64,000 bases of DNA from Longimicrobiales bacterium (GTDB lineage Bacteria; Gemmatimonadota; Gemmatimonadetes; Longimicrobiales; Gaopeijiaceae): contig JAPKDG010000003.1 in NCBI GenBank assembly GCA_028822645.1, positions 2,842-66,841 of the forward strand, in the 5' to 3' direction. The position numbers and the translations under genes were made by a program. The notes below the pieces were generated by a model. The model worked only from the letters and a program-made list of their open reading frames with translations. It was not told the DNA's origin and did not search any database. Every line of letters begins with the position of its first letter. Within the stretch, counting starts at the first letter, position 1. Positions 46,873 to 56,041 of the stretch are shown piece after piece.

Positions 46873-47042
46873 GCCTCTCTAGAGTGACTGTTATCCTGTC
46901 TTGTACAATGTTTGTGATCGTGAGACACATCTGTCTCATGCCTCTCTTTTCGCTCAAGCATCTCTCTCAGAATCAAACATTGCACTACTACGAGAACTAA
47001 AAGCAAGGCGTTTCTTGTCAGGTCTAGCGCTAGAAATTCCAT
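46869..47042 (-). CDS. Small (57 aa) TM protein with a His-rich tail, below the ORF-track cutoff
   Basis: My own translation: MEFLALDLTRNALLLVLVVVQCLILREMLERKERHETDVSHDHKHCTRQDNSHSREA*. Confidence 0.3.
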   Translation of the reverse strand: MEFLALDLTRNALLLVLVVVQCLILREMLERKERHETDVSHDHKHCTRQDNSHSREA

Positions 47043-47253
47043 TCTATTCCTCCGTTGCTGTCTAATGCTTATCTAGGGCAGGATAAATATCCAAACAGGT
47101 TAACTCTAACAGGGACGAGATATCAACCTCGCCCTTGTTTCGCCTTGACCTCTCATTTTAATTTAGTCATTAAGTCCTTGCTGCAATCCATAGTGCTTAT
47201 GCTCACCATACACAAACGTCCTGAAAACATCCGACCAAAAGGCTAAGCACAAC

Positions 47254-49623
47254 TTGACCAATAAAATCCTAACCTTCCTGCCTGTCTTGGCGGTTATCCT
47301 GCTTGGATACCAACCTCTTTTAGCACAAGTTTCTTCAGATCCCCCAATAAAGCCGACTTCCCCCTTAACCATTCCTAGCAGTGGAGCCGATCATGCAGAG
47401 TATACACTGCCAGGCCAAGGCTCACTGAAAAAATCAAGACCATCCCTGGCCTCGCAGACAACCAAAAAAGAACAAATGGTTTTAAGAGCCTACAGAATCA
47501 GTCAGCCACTCAACATAGATGGAGTTATCGATGAGGCCTTTTATGAGCAAATTGATCCCATCTCCGATTTCACACAAACTCTACCAGAGGAAAACGGAAG
47601 ACCCAGTGAGCTAACAGAACTGTGGATCGGATTCGATGATCAAAATGTTTATGTCTCTGCTAAAATATGGGACTCCGCAGGACCAGATGGTTGGATAGCA
47701 AATGAAATGCGAAGGGATGAAGGTGAACTGAGAAACAACGACCATTTTGGTATTTGGTTTGACACCTTTTATGATCGTCGGAATGGGGTAGGAGTGTACG
47801 TAAATCCTCTGGGCGGAATCGCAGACTATCAAATCACTAATGAAACCAACGTCAATAAGAATTGGAACCCAATCCACGACACCCGTACTGCCCTCTTCGA
47901 CGGCGGATGGTCCCTTGAAATTGCTATCCCTTTCAGGTCGCTACGATATAGGCCAGGCAAAGATCAAACCTGGGGAGTTCAAACGCGACGGTCAATCATG
48001 CGTAATAACGAATGGATTTTCCTCAGTCCTGTCCCACGTGCTGTAGCAAGAGGTGGAGCTGCGGGAAGTAATCGTGTGTCTCTGTATGCAACGCTAGAGG
48101 GAATCGAAGCTCCACCTGCTGGAAACAACTTAGAAGTGAAACCCTATGCAATTTCTGGAATCAGAACAGACTTGGCAGCTGATCCAACTATATCCAATGA
48201 CAGGTACGCTGACGCAGGGCTAGATATCAAGTATAGCATTACGGAAAACCTTACTGCTGATTTCACATATAACACTGACTTTGCACAGGTTGAGATTGAT
48301 GAACAACAAGTAAACTTGACCCGATTTTCTCTCAGATTGCCTGAGAAAAGAGAATTTTTCGTAGAAAATTCTGGCCTTTTCAATTTTGGCCCTAGAGGCA
48401 TGAGTAGTGGAGCTCGAGGTCAGGGTCGGGGTCAGGGGGCCGTTCCCACTCTCTTCTATAGTCGAAATATCGGTTTGAAGAACGGAACACCGATCCCGAT
48501 TTTAGGCGGTGGACGTGTCACCGGAAAAATCGCTTCCTTCGACGTCGGATTAGTAACTATTCAGACTGACGACCATGAATCTGTTGATGCCATATCCACA
48601 AATTTTTCCGTACTGCGTTTAAGGAGGGATATCTTCAGTCGAAGTAACATCGGGATGCTTTTTGAAAACCGTTCCCGTTCCCTTTCTTCCTTAGGTTCCA
48701 ATCAAGGATGGGGGATAGATGGTTCGTTCGGATTCTCGGACAACTTAAGCCTGACAACATACTACGCTAAAACAGCTACCGAGGGCTTGAACGGTATGGA
48801 CGGCAGCTATAACGGAAAAATCGACTACGCTGGTGACAAATGGGGAGGAAGCCTAGACCATTTGGTGGTAGGTTCTGACTTCAATCCAGAAATGGGGTTT
48901 GTTCGAAGAAAAGACTTCAGGCAAACAGCCGCCATGGGGCGTTTCAGTCCTCGCCCGACCTCGATTTCATGGATCCGTCAGGTCAGCCTTCAATTTGACT
49001 TGGGACACCTCGAAAACGAACGGACTGGAATACTAGAAAATCAAAATCGTGCTGGCGAATTCAAAGTCGAACTGGAAAATAGTGATCAATTCAAAATCAC
49101 TTACATCGATACTTACGAAAATCTATTAGAAGACGCTCATATTTCAGGCGCCACCATTACCAAAGGGGACTACTCTTTTCCTGATGTTAAAATGGATTAT
49201 ACCTTTGGTCCGCAGCGTCCGTATTCAGGAAATTTATCCGTCCGAAGAGGCGAATATTACGGAGGTACTGTCACTTCTCTGGGGATGAGTCGTGCCCGTA
49301 TGGAAATCACTCCTCAATTCTCCTTTCAACCTAGTATTTCTTTTAATTGGCTCTCTCTTCCACAGGGACAGTTCGATCAACATGTCGCAATCACTAGGTT
49401 GAACTATACCCTCACTCCTAGGGCATACGTAAGCACCTTGGTCCAATATAATTCGCGAAGCAATACCTTGAGTGGAAATTTCAGATTGCGTTGGGAGTGG
49501 GCGCCTGGCAGCGAAGTATTTATCGTTTATACCGAAGACCGCGGAACCGACATTTTCGACCGATGGTCCCAAATGGAAAACCGTGGTCTAATCATCAAGG
49601 TGAATCGTCTCTTCCAGGTTTAG
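47254..49623 (+). CDS. Large outer-membrane protein, CBM9-like N-domain plus DUF5916-like beta-barrel, paralogue 1
   Basis: 789 aa with a TTG start and a signal peptide ending LLAQ. DFAQVEIDEQQVNLTRFSLRLPEKREFFVENSGLFNF is shared almost verbatim with 56042..58339. Confidence 0.7.
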   Translation: MTNKILTFLPVLAVILLGYQPLLAQVSSDPPIKPTSPLTIPSSGADHAEYTLPGQGSLKKSRPSLASQTTKKEQMVLRAYRISQPLNIDGVIDEAFYEQIDPISDFTQTLPEENGRPSELTELWIGFDDQNVYVSAKIWDSAGPDGWIANEMRRDEGELRNNDHFGIWFDTFYDRRNGVGVYVNPLGGIADYQITNETNVNKNWNPIHDTRTALFDGGWSLEIAIPFRSLRYRPGKDQTWGVQTRRSIMRNNEWIFLSPVPRAVARGGAAGSNRVSLYATLEGIEAPPAGNNLEVKPYAISGIRTDLAADPTISNDRYADAGLDIKYSITENLTADFTYNTDFAQVEIDEQQVNLTRFSLRLPEKREFFVENSGLFNFGPRGMSSGARGQGRGQGAVPTLFYSRNIGLKNGTPIPILGGGRVTGKIASFDVGLVTIQTDDHESVDAISTNFSVLRLRRDIFSRSNIGMLFENRSRSLSSLGSNQGWGIDGSFGFSDNLSLTTYYAKTATEGLNGMDGSYNGKIDYAGDKWGGSLDHLVVGSDFNPEMGFVRRKDFRQTAAMGRFSPRPTSISWIRQVSLQFDLGHLENERTGILENQNRAGEFKVELENSDQFKITYIDTYENLLEDAHISGATITKGDYSFPDVKMDYTFGPQRPYSGNLSVRRGEYYGGTVTSLGMSRARMEITPQFSFQPSISFNWLSLPQGQFDQHVAITRLNYTLTPRAYVSTLVQYNSRSNTLSGNFRLRWEWAPGSEVFIVYTEDRGTDIFDRWSQMENRGLIIKVNRLFQV

Positions 49624-49684
49624 GGGAGCATCTCTTTGCAGTTACAAATTAGGCTCAGCATGATTGAAATCCTGCCTTAAATCA

Positions 49685-49894
49685 CTATTCCCTACCAAGA
49701 GAAATAAAAAGAAAAGCGGGGAGAAACGAAATGAAGCCATTCGTCCAGCTAAGGTACCCAAGGGTACTTAGAACAAGCGATCCCAGTAGCAACGCGTACC
49801 CCACTTTATTCATACAGCCATTCCCAATGGACCTGATCGTCAAAGATGAATAGCTAATCGTTTGTACAAAACCTATTATAGCTAATAATGACAT
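49685..49894 (-). CDS. Possible small 2-TM membrane protein
   Basis: 69-aa ORF with two hydrophobic segments. No SD checked and no homology recognised. Confidence 0.2.
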   Translation of the reverse strand: MSLLAIIGFVQTISYSSLTIRSIGNGCMNKVGYALLLGSLVLSTLGYLSWTNGFISFLPAFLFISLGRE

Positions 49895-49908
49895 AAATTC
49901 TACGACTT

Positions 49909-51078
49909 ATGGGACAGGATCGCATGCAAACAATCGAGCGCAGACTACATACCCTGATAATCCCGATCGTTGTCCTTATTACCTTATCCACTGCAGTCTG
50001 CTCAGACTCAGAGCAAACTCTCGATTCTTCTATCATGGATAGAATGGAAGCACTGAAAATCCCTGGCCTAGCGGCAGTAGCGATTGACTCTGGGCGTGTC
50101 GTGTGGATGGGCACATATGGATGGGCCAATATCGAAAACCAAGATGTGGTAACTCCCCACACTCCTTTTATGATCGCTTCTGTCAGTAAAACCATTACTG
50201 CTATCATACTCATGACACTTTACGCAGTTGGACATTTCGAATTGGATGACGACATTAACGAGTATCTACCGTTTTCGATCCGGAACCCCAACTTCCCTTT
50301 GATTCCAATCTCCTTCAGAAACTTACTGAGACACCGATCGGGTATAGCGGACGACTACGAAGGGTTCTACAAGCAGTATTGGAATGTGGCCGAAGGAGAC
50401 CCCACTATATCCTTAGATGAGTATCTTGAATCATATTTAGATCCCGAGGGTGCCGATTATTCCTCCAGTGACAATTTCCTCGACTACGAACCTGGCGATC
50501 ACTATAGCTATTGCAATACTTGTTACGCACTCCTCGGATTTTTGGCGCAACAGATATCGGGGTCTCCATTCGAACAACTCTCGCAAGAGGTTTTATTCCA
50601 ACCCCTTCAGCTTGAAGAAACTGGATGGTTCCTTCGAGATCTTGGCGTTAAAGAGCCTGCTATGCCTTATGGATTGGACGATTCCGATAAATTCGTGCCC
50701 TATGGACACAATGGATATCCAGATTGGCCAGCGGGCCAGCTCCGAACCAGTATCACTGATCTGTCCCGAATTTTATCAACTTATCTCAGTGAAGGTGAAA
50801 TCGGTGGCGACAATGTCATCAACCCTAGCGTGATCGAAATCCTGTCTCCAATGATTCCAGATCAAGGATTCCACACCTGGAGACTCCAGGGAGACGGCAA
50901 TGGTGACCTTCTCTATAGCCATACTGGCAGTGACATTGGAATTAGGACCATTATGATGCTCAACCGGATCAACTCCAAGGGAGTCATCGTACTTACAAAT
51001 GGAGAAGCAGAAGTCCAGTCTATCGCAAACGAAATTTATAAATCTATCGATTCACCCCTAATCAAGAACAATGACTAA
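49909..51078 (+). CDS. Serine hydrolase, class C beta-lactamase/DD-peptidase fold
   Basis: 389 aa with a signal/lipobox (TAVCS). SxxK motif IASVSKT. YxN motif YSYCNTCY. HTG-type third motif (SHTGSDIG). Confidence 0.85.
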   Translation: MGQDRMQTIERRLHTLIIPIVVLITLSTAVCSDSEQTLDSSIMDRMEALKIPGLAAVAIDSGRVVWMGTYGWANIENQDVVTPHTPFMIASVSKTITAIILMTLYAVGHFELDDDINEYLPFSIRNPNFPLIPISFRNLLRHRSGIADDYEGFYKQYWNVAEGDPTISLDEYLESYLDPEGADYSSSDNFLDYEPGDHYSYCNTCYALLGFLAQQISGSPFEQLSQEVLFQPLQLEETGWFLRDLGVKEPAMPYGLDDSDKFVPYGHNGYPDWPAGQLRTSITDLSRILSTYLSEGEIGGDNVINPSVIEILSPMIPDQGFHTWRLQGDGNGDLLYSHTGSDIGIRTIMMLNRINSKGVIVLTNGEAEVQSIANEIYKSIDSPLIKNND

Positions 51079-51184
51079 ATACGTTACTAGGGCCTATAAA
51101 CTTCCAATTTATGCCGTCCCATTTAGCAGTAGGAGATGATTTTTATGTCCTACCAAAAACACCCTAACCCCAGGGAGAATTCCG

Positions 51185-52729
51185 ATGGCTGATCAATCGA
51201 AAAACAAGCCAGTTGAACTAAGCCGCAGGCAACTACTTATAGGTGCTAGCACTGCTGGTATATTCTTGAAAACTACTGGAATTCAAGGGGAATCAGTGCC
51301 ATCCAAAACTCCCGATGGACAGAGTGCTACAGTAGTATTCACTCATACCACTGTAGTAAATTCTGACCACGTACAAAATAACGTAGCTCTCGCCGTAGAA
51401 GACTCTAAAATCGTCTCCATAGGACCCACAGAGCAGGTCCTTGCAATGTATCCGAGAGCTGAAATCTATGACGGTACAGGGAAAGCTATTTTACCTGGAC
51501 TAATCAACTGTCACGCGCATATGGGAGCAGTAATAGCTCGAGGTTTCAACGAGGATTTCGGATTCCCGAACACTGCAAACTTAGCCATCTCTCCCAACAG
51601 CCTTCTCGAGGGAGAAGAGGATATACTGATGGTAAAAGTTGCCGCGCTGGAGGCAATAAAAACTGGTACTACAACCATTGTAGAAAATACTGGGAACATT
51701 CACCGAGACGCGGCGGCTTTAGCTGCGACTGGATTGCGGTGTGTATTCGCTGAATCGGTGCGTGACGCAGAGAATGTTCGAGGCCCGATGACCCCAGAAG
51801 CATTTTCCCAGAGCGAACCCCCCAAATTCTCTTCCAGATTAAGGGATGAAGGGATGCAACGCATCCATGATCTGTTCAGCACTTGGCATGGTGCTGAACA
51901 GGGTCGAATCAGCGTATTCCCCGCTGCTGGACTTACTGAAACTTCATCTCCTGAGCTTCTCCAGGCTATTCGAACTTTCGCTGAGGAGCACGACGTCGGG
52001 TACACCATCCACCTGAACCAAAGTCGAGCCGAATTCGAATTTATGATGAAATACCACGGAGTTCGACCAACACACTACCTGGATCAGCATGATTTCTTGG
52101 GTCCCCGTTTATTCGCTGCACATGCCAGATATGTCAACGAATCGGAAGTTGCTTTACTCGGAAAATCCAACACAATTATTTCCCATCAAGCCGGAATGGC
52201 CGCCAATCGTGGGGTGAGTCCACCGATCCCTGCACTTAGGGCTGCCGGATGTCCCATAGCTCTAGGCACAGACAACAACACCAATGACGTATTTGAAGTC
52301 ATGCGAATCGCCCTACTCACCGAGCGAATCAGACGAAATCGTGATGGCGATGAAGTCCCTGGGCTCCAACCCCAACCCGAAGACATACTCGCCGACACTA
52401 CCCAAGGTGGCGCCCGAGCTGTTCAACAATCGGACCAGTTAGGCACACTCGAAGTCGGGAAAAAAGCGGATCTGCTGATCATAGACACCCAAAAGCCCCA
52501 CCTCGTCCCTGCGGGCCGTATCCTGTCCGCTGTAATTCACAGCGGCCATCCGGAAGACATCGAGTCTGTGATGATCGATGGAAAATTCGTGATGCGTGAC
52601 CGAGAAGTCCTCACAATGAACGAGGATAAGATTATTGAAGAGGCGAATGCTGTTAGTCGTAGGGTGTGGAATAAAGTCCTGGAGGCCGGTCCTGTTACCG
52701 TCCCTAGACTACCGATGTACTCCAATTAA
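51185..52729 (+). CDS. Tat-exported amidohydrolase (ATZ/TRZ, SsnA/deaminase-chlorohydrolase-like)
   Basis: 514 aa. Twin-arginine signal LSRRQLLIGASTAG. LPGLINCHAHMG HxH motif. Downstream HLNQ, FAAHARY and LGTDNN metal/catalytic motifs. Confidence 0.85.
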   Translation: MADQSKNKPVELSRRQLLIGASTAGIFLKTTGIQGESVPSKTPDGQSATVVFTHTTVVNSDHVQNNVALAVEDSKIVSIGPTEQVLAMYPRAEIYDGTGKAILPGLINCHAHMGAVIARGFNEDFGFPNTANLAISPNSLLEGEEDILMVKVAALEAIKTGTTTIVENTGNIHRDAAALAATGLRCVFAESVRDAENVRGPMTPEAFSQSEPPKFSSRLRDEGMQRIHDLFSTWHGAEQGRISVFPAAGLTETSSPELLQAIRTFAEEHDVGYTIHLNQSRAEFEFMMKYHGVRPTHYLDQHDFLGPRLFAAHARYVNESEVALLGKSNTIISHQAGMAANRGVSPPIPALRAAGCPIALGTDNNTNDVFEVMRIALLTERIRRNRDGDEVPGLQPQPEDILADTTQGGARAVQQSDQLGTLEVGKKADLLIIDTQKPHLVPAGRILSAVIHSGHPEDIESVMIDGKFVMRDREVLTMNEDKIIEEANAVSRRVWNKVLEAGPVTVPRLPMYSN

Positions 52730-52776
52730 CTTTGGCTTACGAAAAATTTCTCTAATCGATAAATGAGGAAGTTTCA

Positions 52777-54747
52777 ATGATAAAAATAGCTATATCTGTC
52801 TCTATAATTCTCCTGTCTATAAGTGACGACCTGTCGGCACAAAAGCTTCTAACAGAAGGTATGTTGATAGAAGAAACTCTAGGCGCGACAGACACAGTCG
52901 TTTATCAATTTGATGTCGGTCCAGATCATTTCGTCCTCGGTGAATTGAACCAAATAAGTGTAAATGCTAGTATGCGCCTCTTGGACCCTAACGGCCAGTT
53001 GCTCGGAACAAGAGAAAATCCTGCTCGTGGACCTATGATTCTATCCTTTGAAAACATGTATGAAGGCCGACACACGTTAGAGGTTTTTTCCCAGACAGGC
53101 GAAACAGGTAGCTTCGAGCTATCACTCAATTCGGTACAACCCTTAGCTGCTGACCCTTCCGCTTTGGTCAATCAACTGATGGCACCCTATGACAGGACGG
53201 ATTCACCAGGTGCCGTCGTCTCTGTCTGGCAAAATGGAGCCGTTCTATTCTCCAAAGCATACGGAATGGCCAACCTCACGTATGGAATTCCATTTGAACT
53301 AGATACCCCGACAAACATCGGATCGACATCAAAACAGTTTACCGCATTCGCCATCATGCTTCTGAATGACAGAGGTCAACTCTCCCTGGACGACGACATA
53401 AGAAAGCACTTGCCCGAACTCCCGGAATTCGAATACCTCATCACGGTCCGAAATCTCATCAATCACACATCAGGACTGCGGGAGTTCTTGAACCTATTTA
53501 CTATGGCCGGGAGACAACTCGACAATGGAGATCACATCGATCGAAAAGAATTGATCACGATCGTGCAACGCCAGCCGGCCTTGCAGAACCCGCCAAACAC
53601 AGAGTGGAATTACAACAATACCGCCTTTGGCTTAGCAGCTACGATAGTCGAAAGAATTTCGGAAATGCCTTTTCACAAATTTATGCAAGACAATGTTTTC
53701 GATCCGCTGGAAATGACACGCAGTCAAGTCAGGCCATCCCCTGAACACATTGTACCAAACCGTTCGGCAGGCTATTTACTGGGCGCTGATGGATTTGAAG
53801 AAAAAAAAGACTTAGGAGGTGCAGTCGGGGCAGGTAGCATCTACGCATCGGTAGGCGACCTGCAGCGCTGGTCAGAGAATTATAGAAATCCCGTTGTCGG
53901 TAATGCTAAAATATTCGAAGAGATGATGACTTCCTTCGTGTTAGACGACGGTGAGAAGACAGATTACGGCTACGGACTCGTGATCAAAGAACAAAGAGGT
54001 CTGAAGATGATTTCACACAGCGGCGCCGATGTAGCACATCGATCCCAGCTAGTGCTCTATCCAGAGATCAATGCCGGGCTCACTGTACAGAGCAACCACG
54101 CCAACTTTGACAGCTTGATCGCATACCGACTGGGCGTTGCTTTTTTCGGTGAACATATGGACCCAGAGAACTCCGAAGAATCGGACTTTGACCCCGACAG
54201 CTACGATCTGGAAAATTTCGATGAACTGGCTGGAATATATGCGTTCGATGCGGCCCCTTCATTTGTTCTGGACTTTACAAGAAGTGGTGACAGCCTATTT
54301 ACCCAAGCAACTGACCAGATCAAGCAGAAAATTATCCCCACATCAGACCTCACCTTCCGTCTCACCAGAGGAGAAGCATCTGTAGAATTCCATCGAAATG
54401 AAGACGGAACCGTAGACAGTGTAACCCTTGATCAACTGGGTTTACTGCAGCGAGCAACACGCATCCCCGCAGTCGATGAACCAGAGGGTATCGATCCTGA
54501 CGATTTTCAGGGAACTTATTTCAGTGAGGAAATAGAGACTTTTTATCGAGTCCGTGTCGAAGACGGTAGTCTGATTCTGAATCAGCTAAGATTGGGAGAT
54601 ATGGAACTCAGACTTACAATCAAAGACACCTATTTTGAAGTCAGTGGGCTGACCGTATCTTTCGAACGCGATCGAAATGACCAGGTGGTGGCGCTTTATC
54701 TGGCTAACGGAAGAACCCGAAACGTCAGATTTGAAAAGGTACGATGA
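52777..54747 (+). CDS. Serine hydrolase (beta-lactamase fold) with a ~250-aa C-terminal extension
   Basis: 656 aa with a signal peptide ending LSAQ. SxxK IGSTSKQ. YxN WNYNNT. HSG motif ISHSGAD. The extra N-terminal (~120 aa) and C-terminal domains are unassigned. Confidence 0.85.
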   Translation: MIKIAISVSIILLSISDDLSAQKLLTEGMLIEETLGATDTVVYQFDVGPDHFVLGELNQISVNASMRLLDPNGQLLGTRENPARGPMILSFENMYEGRHTLEVFSQTGETGSFELSLNSVQPLAADPSALVNQLMAPYDRTDSPGAVVSVWQNGAVLFSKAYGMANLTYGIPFELDTPTNIGSTSKQFTAFAIMLLNDRGQLSLDDDIRKHLPELPEFEYLITVRNLINHTSGLREFLNLFTMAGRQLDNGDHIDRKELITIVQRQPALQNPPNTEWNYNNTAFGLAATIVERISEMPFHKFMQDNVFDPLEMTRSQVRPSPEHIVPNRSAGYLLGADGFEEKKDLGGAVGAGSIYASVGDLQRWSENYRNPVVGNAKIFEEMMTSFVLDDGEKTDYGYGLVIKEQRGLKMISHSGADVAHRSQLVLYPEINAGLTVQSNHANFDSLIAYRLGVAFFGEHMDPENSEESDFDPDSYDLENFDELAGIYAFDAAPSFVLDFTRSGDSLFTQATDQIKQKIIPTSDLTFRLTRGEASVEFHRNEDGTVDSVTLDQLGLLQRATRIPAVDEPEGIDPDDFQGTYFSEEIETFYRVRVEDGSLILNQLRLGDMELRLTIKDTYFEVSGLTVSFERDRNDQVVALYLANGRTRNVRFEKVR

Positions 54748-55904
54748 GTATGAAAAATAATTTGAATGGCCTACTCACTCTTCTGGTCTTAACTGCCATA
54801 GGCTTTCAGGGATGTACGGACACAACCACCGAAGAGGAAACTATGACGACGATCGACGTAGGAGCCTATGGAGCTGTCCAGGGATGGCTTAAGCCTTTCC
54901 AAGAAGAAGGATTCGCTTGGGGAGGGAACTCTGGGGTTTACGCCGAGAGCACTGACCGCATCTTCATCATACAGAGGGGTGAGACCAGACTACCTACGCC
55001 CATACCAGAAGGATTCGAGGGATGGGCTGGTTCCATCGGAATCAACGCCTTGTTCTCTGCCGACCTGCGTACCTGGCAGAACGTGATCTTCACAGTGAAC
55101 AGGAATGGAGAAGTCACAGACGTCTGGGATCAATGGGACCACTTGTTCGCTGATTTAGATGGTCCTGGACCCCACCGAATCCGGATCAGCCCCTATGACC
55201 CCGATCGTCATGTGTGGGTTGTCGATGAAACTGGACACCGCATTTTTGTCTTTTCCAATGACGGCAAAGAGCTCGTTAGGACTTACGGCGAGAGAGACGT
55301 CTCGGCAAATGATCAGACGCACTTAGGCAAGCCCCAAGACGTAGCCTTTTTACCCGACGGCAGGACTCTTATAGGAGATGGTCTCGAGAATAAAAGAGTC
55401 ATCATCCTCGATGAAGATGGAAACTATCAATCCGAGTTCGGCGAAGCTGGAACTGGGTTAGGGCAATTCGCAGAAGTTCACGGCCTGGCCTTAGGTCCAA
55501 ACGGATTGCTTTTTGTGGCTGATCGCCAGAGAGGAGTCCACGTATTTCGGCAATCTTATGATCCAGCCAGAGACTACCATCCCGAATTTGAGCCAGTTAC
55601 ACTGTGGGAAGGTTTTGCCCTCGCCCTCGACCTTCATGTAACCGAAGAAGCGCTGTGGGTATCCGAAGTTAATCCTGGTGAACGTTTGCCCCGATTGATC
55701 AAACTCGATTTCGAGGGAAACCGCCTATATGAATGGGACCTCCCGACAGAGGGACCTTCCAGGTTTATTGAGTCACACTCTTTCGCTGTAGACTCAGAGG
55801 GAAACCTGTATCTCTCGGACAACCAAAATGCTCGAACGCACAAGTTCATACCTAGAGAAACTGCAGATCCCAATCAGCAACTAAAACCTGGGTTTGTTCC
55901 GTAA
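54744..55904 (+). CDS. NHL-repeat beta-propeller lipoprotein (PAL-like), paralogue 2
   Basis: 386 aa. ATGA overlap with the preceding gene. Lipobox FQGC. RISPYDPDRHVWVVDETG and GTGLGQFAEVHGLALGPNGLLFVADRQ NHL repeat. Confidence 0.75.
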   Translation: MSMKNNLNGLLTLLVLTAIGFQGCTDTTTEEETMTTIDVGAYGAVQGWLKPFQEEGFAWGGNSGVYAESTDRIFIIQRGETRLPTPIPEGFEGWAGSIGINALFSADLRTWQNVIFTVNRNGEVTDVWDQWDHLFADLDGPGPHRIRISPYDPDRHVWVVDETGHRIFVFSNDGKELVRTYGERDVSANDQTHLGKPQDVAFLPDGRTLIGDGLENKRVIILDEDGNYQSEFGEAGTGLGQFAEVHGLALGPNGLLFVADRQRGVHVFRQSYDPARDYHPEFEPVTLWEGFALALDLHVTEEALWVSEVNPGERLPRLIKLDFEGNRLYEWDLPTEGPSRFIESHSFAVDSEGNLYLSDNQNARTHKFIPRETADPNQQLKPGFVP

Positions 55905-56041
55905 AAGGTAGCTTTTTAATCCTGCTCAAAACTTTGCGGGCGTTCGCCTTGGTAGGTGTGGTGTAGAGGCTATCAACCATGTCCTGCATCCGAACCACCA
56001 CCCAGTAAGCTCTTAGCAGATAGTCCAAATCGTTCCGGTAA

